Source: Fidelibacterota bacterium (GTDB lineage Bacteria; Fidelibacterota; Marinisomatia; Marinisomatales; JAADGP01). Taken from it: DNA of 60,511 nt. The stretch is taken from contig JALUTR010000086.1 in NCBI GenBank assembly GCA_027021785.1, positions 1 to 60,511 of the forward strand, written 5' to 3'. Made by a program: the position numbers and the translations under genes. Below, piece by piece: positions 50,036 to 60,428 of this stretch (its first letter is position 1; each line of letters starts with the position of its first letter). Under the pieces are notes generated by a model. That model had not been told where the DNA came from, ran no database searches, and was given only the letters and a program-made list of their open reading frames with translations.

Positions 50036-51442
50036 TTAATCTTCAATATCCAACGCATAAAAGCGGGATACACCATTTCTTTTTACCAGCAATAAAATGG
50101 TACCCTGTTTCTTTGCCGTTTTGATCATTTTCTTAAATTCTCTTTTGGAAGATATATTCTTTTTCCCCACCCGGGTGATCAAATCGCCGACTCTTATCCC
50201 GGCTTTATAGGCGGCGCTGCTCGCCTCCACGTTGGTTACGATCACACCTTCCTGTTCGGAATCAAGGCCAAACTGCTTTGCCAATGCCGGTGTCAAATCC
50301 TGCACCTGCAATCCGAAATTACGGTCATCGTGGTTTGTATTCGCGGCAAACTGTTCCTTGTCCTGTTGTAGTTCTTCCAGAACCACTTTCAGCGTTTTCT
50401 CTTTACCGTCCCGGACTATTATCACTTCACTTTTGGTCCCCGGAGACGTGGAGGAAACGATGTTTTTCAAATGGGAGGGGTCTTTAACCAGCTCACCATT
50501 AAAACGAATGATAACATCGCCTTCTTTTATGCCGGCTTTCTCGGCCGGGCTGTCTTCTACGACCTTCGTCACCAAAGCCCCGTCGCGCGTGTTCAAGTCC
50601 AATGCCCGTGCTAATTTATCTTCCACCTCCTGAATATATACACCCAACCAGGCGCGCACCACATATCCCTTGGTAATCAAGTCATTCATTACTTTTTTGG
50701 CCATGTTGGACGGTATTGCAAACCCGACTCCACGATTTGCTTTCTCAATACCACCGCTGACAATCGCGGTGTTTATACCAATCAACTCACCTTTCAGGTT
50801 CAGCAAGGCTCCACCGCTGTTCCCGGGGTTGATCGCGGCGTCGGTCTGAATGAAGTCCTCGTAATTATTTACCCCCGATATAATATTGCTCCGGCCAAGG
50901 GCGCTTACAATACCCGCCGTCACAGTATGACTTAAATTAGCGGAAAACGGACTTCCTACCGCCAATACCCATTCACCGACCCGTAATTTACCCGAATCGC
51001 CCAATTTCAATTCGGACAGGTTCTTACCGTCAATCTGCAGTACGGCAATATCGGATTTGGGATCGGACCCCACGATCTTTGCTTTAAACACCCGTTTGTC
51101 CATCAGTTTTACATCGATTTCATCGGCATCGGCAATCACGTGATGATTCGTCAATATATACCCCTTCTTGCCATCAACGATCACTCCGGAACCTAAGGCA
51201 TGCCCGTAAAATTCCTGTTCAGGAAAATTCTTGGGGAAAAACTGGAAGAAATCATTAAATGGTGTGCGGGGAGCATGCATTTGATTAACTTTGTATACTT
51301 TTTGTGTCATGATTGTCACAACGGCCGGATTGGCTTTTTCAGCGACATTCGCGAAAGCCTGACTGAATTGACTGACTACCGAATTTTGAGCGTAGATGTA
51401 ACCGGTAAACAGTATAACAATCCACAATATCGATTTTCGCAT
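50036..51442 (-). CDS. htrA: periplasmic serine endoprotease, DegP/HtrA family, two PDZ domains
   Basis: Contains the catalytic motifs TNHHV, DIAVL and GNSGGAL plus two PDZ regions. The ATG at 51442 gives the signal peptide MRKSILWIVILFTGYIYAQ. The ORF-track start at 51523 is probably too early. Confidence 0.92.
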   Translation of the reverse strand: MRKSILWIVILFTGYIYAQNSVVSQFSQAFANVAEKANPAVVTIMTQKVYKVNQMHAPRTPFNDFFQFFPKNFPEQEFYGHALGSGVIVDGKKGYILTNHHVIADADEIDVKLMDKRVFKAKIVGSDPKSDIAVLQIDGKNLSELKLGDSGKLRVGEWVLAVGSPFSANLSHTVTAGIVSALGRSNIISGVNNYEDFIQTDAAINPGNSGGALLNLKGELIGINTAIVSGGIEKANRGVGFAIPSNMAKKVMNDLITKGYVVRAWLGVYIQEVEDKLARALDLNTRDGALVTKVVEDSPAEKAGIKEGDVIIRFNGELVKDPSHLKNIVSSTSPGTKSEVIIVRDGKEKTLKVVLEELQQDKEQFAANTNHDDRNFGLQVQDLTPALAKQFGLDSEQEGVIVTNVEASSAAYKAGIRVGDLITRVGKKNISSKREFKKMIKTAKKQGTILLLVKRNGVSRFYALDIED

Positions 51443-51589
51443 TGGTTGGTAGCTCCTATAATTTTCGTCCTTTCTATGCGATTTGGACAGAAAGGTTCCT
51501 AAGCAAAAACAGTCCCCTAACAATTCGGCTTTGACAGATCGAAGCCTGGTTCCTGCTTAAAGTATACGCCAACGGGATGATCTATTTTT

Positions 51590-54538
51590 TCATATTCCCT
51601 TTTCAAAACTGATTATCCAGCGGGTGAAATCAATGCTGTTCTCACCCTGCCCCGGTCTGCTGATCCAGAAGGGGAAATCGATTCGCAGGTAGAATCGCTT
51701 TTTCATGATTTCTTTTGAGAAACGAAATCCGACACCGGCATCCGCAAGAAAGTCCCCCTTGAAACCGTTATCGTTTTGAGCAAATTCACTGCCCCACAAG
51801 AAACCTCCATCAAAAAACCCGGCGACCTCCACACTGAGAAAGGAAGTATTCGGGCTGTAATAAGCTTCAATACTATTGGCGATAACTTTTTCGGCACCAA
51901 CATATCCCTTCCCGATATATCCCCGGAGATTCACATCGCCCGCGAGGTGATAGCGATTCCGCAATTCGGTAAATCCATACAGACTGGACTCATCACGCAA
52001 ATAGGGACGCTCATACCGGTCGCCGGACCCGGCGCCTTCGATAGTATACCTTTCCTGGCCGGGGACACCAAGCGAATCGGACCACATGAATCCGGCCACG
52101 AAGCGGTTACGGATTCCTATCCTATCCTGTGAAACATCGGTATTCACCGTTGCCGTTAATCTGCTGAACGTCCAATCGGACCAACCTCCGGGGGCCGCAG
52201 ACACTTCCACCACCAGGTCATTGGACATAATTTCCATGCCGTATTTACCGTAAAGAACGGTCACCATCCCGGGATCATATAAGTCCGTCCGGCTTGTATC
52301 CTTGGCATTACTGAAATAGAACCCCGCCGTCCAGCGGTGAAAAGGCGGAATCCCGTATTTCCGTGACCAACGCCGGACGATACTGCCGCCGAATCCGGCA
52401 ACACCACCATTGTCATGGGCGTAATATTTTATGCGGACATTAAGTGGATTATGGACCGGTCTCCGATAACCGTCAACCGACCAGTAAAACCTTTGTGACA
52501 CAAGGGCGTAATTCACCCTGATATCGGTATGTTCCCACTGTCCGTAATCTTTCGAAACATAGAGCCCCGGCATAAAACCGTCTTTCTCATGATAAGGCAT
52601 TGAAGGTGACCAACGAAACACATAACGGTCGCGGGGATTGTAATACATGCCCGGCCAACGGAAAACATACTCTCTTTTCAACCTCCCGGTAACATTATTC
52701 CGATAATCGATATCCAGCGTTCGAATGTCCGGATCCAGTACCACCTGCACCGGTTTCGACGGGACCGTATAACTGAACGTATCCTTAAAACGCCATAAAT
52801 GATTCTTCCAGGAATTACGCACGACCGTACCATCTTTTAATTTCGTTTCGATTTCCAAGGGTAAGAATCGTTGTCCAAGGTTTCGAAGGGTCAAAGTCAC
52901 CTTCCAATTATCATCGGATATTTTTTCTTTTTTCCAGGACTGTATTCCATAATCCAGCACCTGAGTATCATGCAACCAGCCGTTAAAGAACCAATCCAAT
53001 TCCTGTCCGGAGACTTCCTCCATTACGGACACAAACCGCTGTTCATTCACGTGTTTCAACATCCAGCGGTTAAAATAAGTCTGCATGCCCCTGAGAAACA
53101 AGGAATCGCCCAGCACGTATCGCAATTCATTCAACATTAACGCCGGTTTAGTATACGCATTCATCCGATACGCAGTACTGTTATCGAACAGGTAAGAAGA
53201 CCGACTTATGGGTTCATCCCGCCCACTGGTAATGAACCGAATGGCATACCATTGATTGTTTTCCGTCATGGAAGCAAAACGCCAGAATTTTCGTTGATAA
53301 GGTTTATAATCGCTTGAAATGAAATCGATGCCCTTGGGATATCGATTCTCAAGATACCATCTTGTTTGGAAGGAGGTAAAGCCTTCGTCCAACCAGGCTT
53401 CGTCAACTTCGTTGTTGGCCAATATTCCATAAAACCAGATATGTCCGATTTCATGCACAATAAGTCCTTCACGTTCGCTGCCGTTCATAACCAACATCGG
53501 ATATTCCATTCCGCCGCCGCGCAGGCGATCGGTCACCGTCACCTGGGGATAAGGATACATCCCGAATTTATTCGACAACCATTCCAATGCCCGTTCCGAT
53601 CGTTCCCGTACAACCCGGAACCATTTCTCCCCATTGGAGCGATTGTACAGGACATGGACATCGATGCCGTTCCACGATCCGTGCTCGTACAGGAAGGTGG
53701 GGGAGGCAATCCAGGCAAAATCATGGACGTTCTCGGCGTGAAAACTCACAACTCGTCGGGCGGATGAGTCCGGTTCCGAACGATCGGCTTCGAATTCCTT
53801 CAGCCATTCGGAAAAATCCCGCGAGGTATCCACCGCCACTTCCCGCCATCCGGGGTCACCGTAAGAAACGACACCTGTGGCGCCCACGATATACCGGGCG
53901 GGCAGATCCAGAGTGACGTCAAAGGTTCCGAATTCACCGTAGAATTCGCCTTCGGCGTGGAAGGGGTCGGGATGCCAACCTTTTTCATCGTAGACAACCA
54001 GTTTGGGATACCATTGCGCCATATTGTATTGCTCTCCGACATACCCGGCCCGTTCAAATTGTTCTCCAACCGTATGAGTCCAGTCAATATAGATCACCAA
54101 CGAATCCCCCGGCAACAACTCACCCGGCAAACGGGATTCCAGGATGGTGTCATCGATTTGATAATCGGTGGTGGATTTCCCGTCCCCTAAAACTATCAGG
54201 AATGAGTCGACAACGAAGTCATTCCAAAGTGTTTCCCCATCTTCGATAAACCGGGCGGCGCGACCCCGGCGCCCGTAATTTTGCGAGTATTCACGATACT
54301 TAACCGATCCTTTTTTAAACGCCAGGGGATACAGATGCATGTATATACGATCCAGTTGATCCGGTGAATTGTTCACATAAACGATTCGTGATTTCCCTGT
54401 CACCTGATGTTCATCCGGATTTAATTGAATATCCATGGTATAATGTACAAATTGCTGCCAATAAGATTCGGCCGTCGCACCGCTCGAAAGCAGAACGACA
54501 ATCAAACCTCGTAAAAAGAATGAATATCTAATTTTCAA
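51590..54538 (-). CDS. M1-family (gluzincin) metallopeptidase with a long C-terminal beta-barrel-like extension
   Basis: 982 aa with a signal peptide, GGMEYP (GAMEN-like) and HEIGH-X18-E (WLDEGF). The C-terminal approximately 380 aa are rich in alternating aromatic/Gly beta-strand patterns (NLRGY, AGFFDGG, DAGVGFRF, LRIDFPF). Confidence 0.85.
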   Translation of the reverse strand: MKIRYSFFLRGLIVVLLSSGATAESYWQQFVHYTMDIQLNPDEHQVTGKSRIVYVNNSPDQLDRIYMHLYPLAFKKGSVKYREYSQNYGRRGRAARFIEDGETLWNDFVVDSFLIVLGDGKSTTDYQIDDTILESRLPGELLPGDSLVIYIDWTHTVGEQFERAGYVGEQYNMAQWYPKLVVYDEKGWHPDPFHAEGEFYGEFGTFDVTLDLPARYIVGATGVVSYGDPGWREVAVDTSRDFSEWLKEFEADRSEPDSSARRVVSFHAENVHDFAWIASPTFLYEHGSWNGIDVHVLYNRSNGEKWFRVVRERSERALEWLSNKFGMYPYPQVTVTDRLRGGGMEYPMLVMNGSEREGLIVHEIGHIWFYGILANNEVDEAWLDEGFTSFQTRWYLENRYPKGIDFISSDYKPYQRKFWRFASMTENNQWYAIRFITSGRDEPISRSSYLFDNSTAYRMNAYTKPALMLNELRYVLGDSLFLRGMQTYFNRWMLKHVNEQRFVSVMEEVSGQELDWFFNGWLHDTQVLDYGIQSWKKEKISDDNWKVTLTLRNLGQRFLPLEIETKLKDGTVVRNSWKNHLWRFKDTFSYTVPSKPVQVVLDPDIRTLDIDYRNNVTGRLKREYVFRWPGMYYNPRDRYVFRWSPSMPYHEKDGFMPGLYVSKDYGQWEHTDIRVNYALVSQRFYWSVDGYRRPVHNPLNVRIKYYAHDNGGVAGFGGSIVRRWSRKYGIPPFHRWTAGFYFSNAKDTSRTDLYDPGMVTVLYGKYGMEIMSNDLVVEVSAAPGGWSDWTFSRLTATVNTDVSQDRIGIRNRFVAGFMWSDSLGVPGQERYTIEGAGSGDRYERPYLRDESSLYGFTELRNRYHLAGDVNLRGYIGKGYVGAEKVIANSIEAYYSPNTSFLSVEVAGFFDGGFLWGSEFAQNDNGFKGDFLADAGVGFRFSKEIMKKRFYLRIDFPFWISRPGQGENSIDFTRWIISFEKGI

Positions 54539-54550
54539 TTCGGAGGTGAT

Positions 54551-55141
54551 TTAAGGATAGAGATACGGTTTTAAATCGTTATAAAATATTTCCTCCGTAC
54601 GGGGACCGATATAGCTTTTCACGATATATCCTTCACGATCGATAATGAAAGTGGTTGGGATCCCATTAATGGGCCGACCGGTAGCCTTGCCATATAACTG
54701 GGTAACCATTTGGGTTTCGTTGCCTTTAATATCGGTCAACACAATATAATTCATCTTCCATTCTTCCATGAATTTTTTGATATCGGCCGGGGAACCCGAG
54801 GAAAGCGTGATTCCCACAATTTCCAGTCCGTCGCCATTATATTTATCGTATAACTGATTGAGATCGGGAATTTCCTTTCGACAGGGAGCACACCAGGTGC
54901 CCCAAAAATTTAACAGGATGACTTTACCCTTCAGGCTTTTTAGCGTGACCCAATTCCCATCTACCGTTGCCAGGGTAAAATCCGGCGCTTTAACGGCATT
55001 GTCGGGCCGGACGGATTTCAACCTGCCCGCCGACGCCGATGCTTTTTCGGTTGTGGCGGCGGATTTTTCTTTCTGCCCCTGCCCGCAACTGATAAAAATA
55101 AACATGCTGAAAAATACCATTACCGGTAACGACAATTTCAT
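54551..55141 (-). CDS. TlpA/ResA-like thiol:disulfide oxidoreductase lipoprotein
   Basis: 196 aa with a lipobox (FISCG) and the thioredoxin motif WGTWCAPCRKEIP. Confidence 0.87.
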   Translation of the reverse strand: MKLSLPVMVFFSMFIFISCGQGQKEKSAATTEKASASAGRLKSVRPDNAVKAPDFTLATVDGNWVTLKSLKGKVILLNFWGTWCAPCRKEIPDLNQLYDKYNGDGLEIVGITLSSGSPADIKKFMEEWKMNYIVLTDIKGNETQMVTQLYGKATGRPINGIPTTFIIDREGYIVKSYIGPRTEEIFYNDLKPYLYP

Positions 55142-55157
55142 TATTACTCCTTTTTAA

Positions 55158-57059
55158 TTAGCGGGTTAAACCTTTGTCCAGAAAATCCAGAAATTCATTA
55201 ACATCCCGGGTCATCCCGGGGAAACGGGCAATTTCCTGGTCGTCCGGGCTTAAAATAACATAAAACGGTAAGGCGGCGGTTCCAAAACGATCGATTTCAT
55301 ACTGCCGTTTTTCGCGATAATTCTCACCACCGTCCGTATACAATCTCACCAACACAAACTCATTGAACCGCGCCTGCACTTCCTTCCGGGTAAAAATATT
55401 GGCTTCCATCCAACGGCAGTTGGTACACGTATATCCGGTAAAATCAACGAAAACAGGTCTTTGTACTCGTTTCGCTTCCTTTAACCCTTCCTCCAGATCC
55501 GTAAACCAAAATAATTCCTCGGCAATCTCTTCATGCCTGGTTAATCCTGTTTCCGACTCCACTTTCGGGGGTAAATATGAATATATCAGGCCATGAATCG
55601 GTCTCCCGAATAAACCCGTGCTCATGTATAACCCGAAGGCGATAAAAAACAGGCTCAACAGCATTCTTACCGCTCCGATATGTTCGATTTTCGAATCGTG
55701 TGGTAACCGGATTTTACCCAACAGGTAGAAACCCGTGAAAAACATAATCACCGTCCAAGCAGTCAAAACCAGGGTATGAGTAAACAGTCCCCACTGCCAG
55801 ACCAGGTCGGTATTGCTGATGAATTTAAAAGCGGCCGCCAATTCCAGGAAGCCCATAACCACCTTCACGGCATTTAACCAGCCTCCTGATTTAGGCATCT
55901 TGGCCAGATACTGAGGAAACAAGGCCAGGAAAAAGAACGGCGTGGCAAAGGCCGCACTAAAAACAATCATCCCCAGCGCCGGCCAGAACCATTGTCCCTG
56001 AGCAGCCGCCACCAACAATAATCCGACAAACTGGACGGTACAGGTAAAGGAGGTGACGGTAAACGTAATGGCCATGAATATCGTGCCCATGAACCCGGAA
56101 CGACGTTCCTGTTTTAAGGAAAATCGACGGAAGCTCTCGGGCAACTGGATTTCATACATTCCGAACAGTGAAAGCGCGAAATAGACAAACAAGGCAGCCA
56201 GGAATAGATTCACCCAGGGATTTGCCGCTAATTGGTTGGCGCCCGAGGCGCCGAGAAACACGGCCAATAACAATCCCAAGATACTGAAAGCGGAAATGAT
56301 CCCCAGGGTATAGACAGCGGCTTGTTTTACGGGGTTTCGCCCCTCGATTTCCCCCTGTTGGGTAAAATAAGAAACGGTAATCGGTATCATGGGGAATACA
56401 CAGGGGGTCAGTAAGGATAAAAAGCCCATCGTCAGGGCTAATAAAATAAAGTGGAAAAGACCGGCTTCGATAGCGGCATCCAGATCAATATTTCCACCGG
56501 CGTCCACCGTTGCTGCGGCAATGAATTCCTGCCGGTCATCACGAGGTGGACCTGATTCGATGACAATGGGGGTCCTTATCTCAATTTCATTGGGCGGGTA
56601 ACAAATAAAATCATTACAAACCTGGTATAGAACGGTAACATTCAATTCATAAGAACCGGGAGACACATCGGTCTTTAATTTTACCGGGGCAATAAACGTG
56701 GTTGTGCCCTGGTGGTGGCTGGTCTCCGTATTGAACCCCTCGTCAAATTCAACAATCGGTTCGGGTTCAACAACTCTCCCCTGTTGCCCAACGATGTCAC
56801 CGGTAATGGTGATTTTTGTGGGGATCGGACCTTTGGCCACGTTGTGAACAGCATAAATTTTCCATTCCGGTTCCATTTCGGCCTTAACAAATACGTTTAC
56901 GACTTCCCCGGCTCGGGCAGGACCTTCAACCCAGGCCGAAATCGTAGCCGGATTCTCAAACTGGGCTCTCAGGCCGTTCGGAAGGAAACCGGCCAAAAAG
57001 GCAACCAGGAAAATTATTCGGTTATGGTTTTTCAGGTTCAAGATGGTTTTTGGATGCAA
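55158..57059 (-). CDS. dsbD: thiol:disulfide interchange protein DsbD
   Basis: 633 aa with an N-terminal periplasmic Ig-like domain, a polytopic core (LTPCVFPMIP) and a C-terminal thioredoxin domain (YTCTNCRWME). Confidence 0.9.
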   Translation of the reverse strand: MHPKTILNLKNHNRIIFLVAFLAGFLPNGLRAQFENPATISAWVEGPARAGEVVNVFVKAEMEPEWKIYAVHNVAKGPIPTKITITGDIVGQQGRVVEPEPIVEFDEGFNTETSHHQGTTTFIAPVKLKTDVSPGSYELNVTVLYQVCNDFICYPPNEIEIRTPIVIESGPPRDDRQEFIAAATVDAGGNIDLDAAIEAGLFHFILLALTMGFLSLLTPCVFPMIPITVSYFTQQGEIEGRNPVKQAAVYTLGIISAFSILGLLLAVFLGASGANQLAANPWVNLFLAALFVYFALSLFGMYEIQLPESFRRFSLKQERRSGFMGTIFMAITFTVTSFTCTVQFVGLLLVAAAQGQWFWPALGMIVFSAAFATPFFFLALFPQYLAKMPKSGGWLNAVKVVMGFLELAAAFKFISNTDLVWQWGLFTHTLVLTAWTVIMFFTGFYLLGKIRLPHDSKIEHIGAVRMLLSLFFIAFGLYMSTGLFGRPIHGLIYSYLPPKVESETGLTRHEEIAEELFWFTDLEEGLKEAKRVQRPVFVDFTGYTCTNCRWMEANIFTRKEVQARFNEFVLVRLYTDGGENYREKRQYEIDRFGTAALPFYVILSPDDQEIARFPGMTRDVNEFLDFLDKGLTR

Positions 57060-57081
57060 ATAAAGGTTAAAAGTAACAGAA

Positions 57082-57993
57082 TTACTCCCTTATCCCCAAC
57101 CATTGTTTTAAACGGTAAAACCAGCTTTTTCTTCTTCTCAATTCATGGGCAAGGTCCGGTACCCGCTCTTCAGCCGCTTTAATCCCATTATTCAACAGGG
57201 TATCAAAAGCATCGAACTGTGACCAATGCAGCCCCAGCACGTCCGGCCGAATAACAAAATCCGCCTGTTTTACCAGATAGTTAGTTAAGTGAAAAGATGT
57301 AATCCGTTCGGACCGCGTCATAATCTCCAGCATATTGATTTTTTTCATCGGCGACGGTTGACCGCGTGAAATATCCACGGCAATGACAAAATCGGTTTCC
57401 TGCTTCAATTTCATTACCGGTATCGGCGTACTGATGCCGCCGTCCATAAACACCTGTCCGTTTTTCATGGTCGGGGGCACGTATCCGGGAACCGAAGAAC
57501 TCTGGACAATAGCTTCGATCAGATCTCCGCGACTATGGCAAACGGACTGACCGGTTTGAATATCGGTAACAAAGACATCCATAGGGATTTGCAATTCTTC
57601 AAACGTATTAACCGGCAAAAGAAATTTTATCACCGCCTCGAGTCTTTCTCTCTTTACTACCGAAATACGATTCATTGCCATTACGATTACAAACTGGTCC
57701 TGGATAAACTTGGCGAGCTGGCCAAAAACCGAATCGGGGTCCCGGTCGCTTCTCAGAGTTTTTGTCCCCAACTGCTCAAAGACACTGCTTTCCAGAAATT
57801 CGCGAAAACGTTTTTCGATCCACTCCGGGTTTTTCGTGGCGGCGTACATGGCGCCGATTACCGACCCGGCGCTGGTACCGGCTATTTTATCAATGGAAAT
57901 CCCGGCCCGGTCTAATACCTGCAGCACCCCGATATGAGCCGCGCCGCGGGCGCCGCCTCCTCCTAAAGCCAATCCGACCGAAAATTTACGCAA
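57082..57993 (-). CDS. patatin-like phospholipase
   Basis: 303 aa with the GGGGARG oxyanion motif, the GTSAGS nucleophile elbow and the DGG motif. Confidence 0.88.
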   Translation of the reverse strand: MRKFSVGLALGGGGARGAAHIGVLQVLDRAGISIDKIAGTSAGSVIGAMYAATKNPEWIEKRFREFLESSVFEQLGTKTLRSDRDPDSVFGQLAKFIQDQFVIVMAMNRISVVKRERLEAVIKFLLPVNTFEELQIPMDVFVTDIQTGQSVCHSRGDLIEAIVQSSSVPGYVPPTMKNGQVFMDGGISTPIPVMKLKQETDFVIAVDISRGQPSPMKKINMLEIMTRSERITSFHLTNYLVKQADFVIRPDVLGLHWSQFDAFDTLLNNGIKAAEERVPDLAHELRRRKSWFYRLKQWLGIRE

Positions 57994-57994
57994 T

Positions 57995-58591
57995 TTATTT
58001 AATCACCTGGTTTTTAGGAACAATTCGAACCGTCATATCCACCCGTTCCCGGGGGTTGTCGTTCCTGTCCCGCGGAAGATTTACAATTCGATCAACCACA
58101 TCCATCCCCTGGATCACCTGTCCGAAAACGGTATATTTATGGTCCAGTTGCGGTACCTTATTCACACAGATAAAGAATTGACTGGTAGCGCTGTTTATTT
58201 GGTTGGTGCGGGCCATCGACAAAGCGCCGCGGACATGGGGTCGGGCGCTGAATTCAGCGGGAACCGTCCAGGTGTCCGGGTTGTCCGGATCACCCAGGCC
58301 AAAATACTTTCCCGCACGTCCGCCCTGACCATCGTTTCGTCGATCATCATCTTTGGAATTGGGGTCGCCTCCCTGAATAACAAAACCCGGAATTACCCGG
58401 TGAAAGGTTGTCCCGTCAAAATACCCTTCACGGGCAAGTATTTTAAAGTTTTCCACGTGCATGGGGGCCACATCATCATATAATTCGACAATTATATCCC
58501 CATACTTTGTGGATATAACACCGACTTCCTCAGGTTTATTACAACAAGAAGACATTAACCCTACTAACAATACGATTAGAAATATTTTCAT
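57995..58591 (-). CDS. cyclophilin-type peptidyl-prolyl cis-trans isomerase (lipoprotein)
   Basis: 198 aa with a lipobox (LMSSCC) and the FHRVIPGFVIQGGDP and SQFFIC motifs. Confidence 0.92.
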   Translation of the reverse strand: MKIFLIVLLVGLMSSCCNKPEEVGVISTKYGDIIVELYDDVAPMHVENFKILAREGYFDGTTFHRVIPGFVIQGGDPNSKDDDRRNDGQGGRAGKYFGLGDPDNPDTWTVPAEFSARPHVRGALSMARTNQINSATSQFFICVNKVPQLDHKYTVFGQVIQGMDVVDRIVNLPRDRNDNPRERVDMTVRIVPKNQVIK

Positions 58592-58796
58592 TGCGTATCA
58601 CCTTTCAAGTCACTTCGTTTTTTAATGTTCCTGGGATTATTCTGATTAAAAGAGAATCACTTGCCAAGTTATCGTGTTTTTCGTTTTTGGATATCCATCA
58701 GGACGGAGGCACTGTCGACCGGGGATTGACACGTATCGGAACGGCGGAGCATGGCAACGGTGGGGGAAACAAGACAAGCTGTGTGCGAAACCCGGG

Positions 58797-58827
58797 GGAC
58801 AGGCCGCTGGCGGTGTCCGTATTTTTT
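58797..58827 (+). terminator. candidate + strand intrinsic terminator (end of a possible small RNA)
   Basis: GGACA..(GCC-GCT-GGC)..TGTCC is followed by GTATTTTTT. The stem is imperfect and there is no + strand CDS nearby. Confidence 0.35.
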
Positions 58828-58897
58828 AAAGAGGAGTAATAACGCGCGATAATTACCGGATATAATTTTATGCGTAATCGCTGATTTCCTATTTTAT

Positions 58898-59476
58898 TCA
58901 GACCGAAAGACCCCGGCTCCCCGGTTTTACCGCGGGAATGGCTTTCAATTCGGCGGGAATTTCCCCTTCATCGTAGCTCTTTACGGTTAAAGTTATAATG
59001 GCATATTGGTTGGGATGCAATTTCCGTTCCCCACCGCTTCGGTCCACGACGACACCAACGCCGACAATGTCTCCCCCCGACTGTTCGACCACGTCGATCA
59101 CTTCCCTGACGGAACCACCGGTTGTGATGACATCCTCGACAATCAATATTTTATCCCCGGGGTTGATTTCAAAACCCCGGCGCAACATCATTTTACCGTC
59201 CTTACGTTCCGTAAAAATGGATTTCACACCTAATTGACGACCGACTTCGGTTCCAATGACAATTCCACCGATTGCCGGTGAAATGACCAAATCAATTGTT
59301 TCGTTTTTAAAATGTTCCGAAATCATTTTACCGAACCGGGTAAGATATTGCGGATACTGCAAAACTTTCGCGCACTGAAAATAGGTATTGCTGTGCCGAC
59401 CGGAGGTCAGGATAAAATGGCCTTCCAACAAAGCGCCGGTGGATTTAAAAATTTCTATTACGTCTTCCTTAGTCAT
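58898..59476 (-). CDS. pyrE: orotate phosphoribosyltransferase
   Basis: 192 aa with the PRPP-binding motif [13 protein letters not shown]. Confidence 0.95.
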   Translation of the reverse strand: MTKEDVIEIFKSTGALLEGHFILTSGRHSNTYFQCAKVLQYPQYLTRFGKMISEHFKNETIDLVISPAIGGIVIGTEVGRQLGVKSIFTERKDGKMMLRRGFEINPGDKILIVEDVITTGGSVREVIDVVEQSGGDIVGVGVVVDRSGGERKLHPNQYAIITLTVKSYDEGEIPAELKAIPAVKPGSRGLSV

Positions 59477-60269
59477 GGTTCAACTCACGCATTTTATCCC
59501 GATAATCGCGGGCGGTACGTCGAATCGAAGAGCGGCTCAGGTCTCCCGCGAAACTGATTGCCCGTGACACATTAATAATCGCCTGGCCGTTCCGGTTTCC
59601 GGCATTAAACGCTTCTGCCAGATCACCTCCCTGGGCGCCGATTCCCGGAATCAGGAACGGCAGACCGGGCGCAATTTTCCGTATCGTTTCAATTTCGTCC
59701 GGCGCCGTGGCGCCGACGACCAATCCGACATTATCATTTTGATTTAAATCCAGCGCCATCCCGGCGACCCGGGCATACAACGGGCCGTCTTTGGTTACCT
59801 GGTCCTGCAAATCGCCGGCCGAAGGATTTGAAGTCCGGCAAAGGATGAAAATTCCCTTCGTTTGATCTTCGATAAACGGCAGAATCGAATCCCGCCCTAA
59901 ATAGGGATTTATGGTCACGGCATCAAAGCCGAAATGGTCAAATAAACTTGCCCGGTATTGCCGGGCCGTGTTCCCGATATCGCCCCGCTTGGCGTCCCCA
60001 ATAACAATCGCGTCGGAACCCAGGTATTCCATGGTTTCTTCCAACCATCTGAATCCTTCGCTCCCCCAGCGCTCGAAAAACGCCAGGTTCGGTTTGAAAG
60101 CGACCGCCAGATCGCGGGTTGCGTCAATAACCAATTTGGTATGATTTATCAACGCTTCCAGGTTGGTGTTTGAAATTCCAAGTTTTTCGGGACTTATATC
60201 CAATCCTACGCAAAGATGCGAATCGGCCGCGGTAATTTTCGCGATCAGACGTGAATTAAAGGATTGCAT
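59469..60269 (-). CDS. pyrF: orotidine 5'-phosphate decarboxylase (type 2)
   Basis: Contains the [13 protein letters not shown] and [12 protein letters not shown] motifs. I prefer the ATG at 60269 over the TTG at 60278. The gene overlaps pyrE by 8 nt. Confidence 0.93.
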   Translation of the reverse strand: MQSFNSRLIAKITAADSHLCVGLDISPEKLGISNTNLEALINHTKLVIDATRDLAVAFKPNLAFFERWGSEGFRWLEETMEYLGSDAIVIGDAKRGDIGNTARQYRASLFDHFGFDAVTINPYLGRDSILPFIEDQTKGIFILCRTSNPSAGDLQDQVTKDGPLYARVAGMALDLNQNDNVGLVVGATAPDEIETIRKIAPGLPFLIPGIGAQGGDLAEAFNAGNRNGQAIINVSRAISFAGDLSRSSIRRTARDYRDKMRELNHD

Positions 60270-60428
60270 AGGGGGCAAATTTACCGCTGTCCTTCATTCA
60301 ACACAAAGTGGATTGAATACTAATCCGTAATCCCACACCTGTCCAAAATAAATGGTTTGGAGAATTATCTGGACAGCATATATAAATATTCGGTAATCGG
60401 ACGAGTTCTGTAAACATGGATTTTCCGT

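Noticed and set aside
58591-58839. 82-aa + strand ORF between the cyclophilin gene and pyrE
   Set aside because: It has a TTG start without an SD, reads through a terminator-like hairpin, and has no recognisable similarity. The region is kept as a possible non-coding RNA instead.
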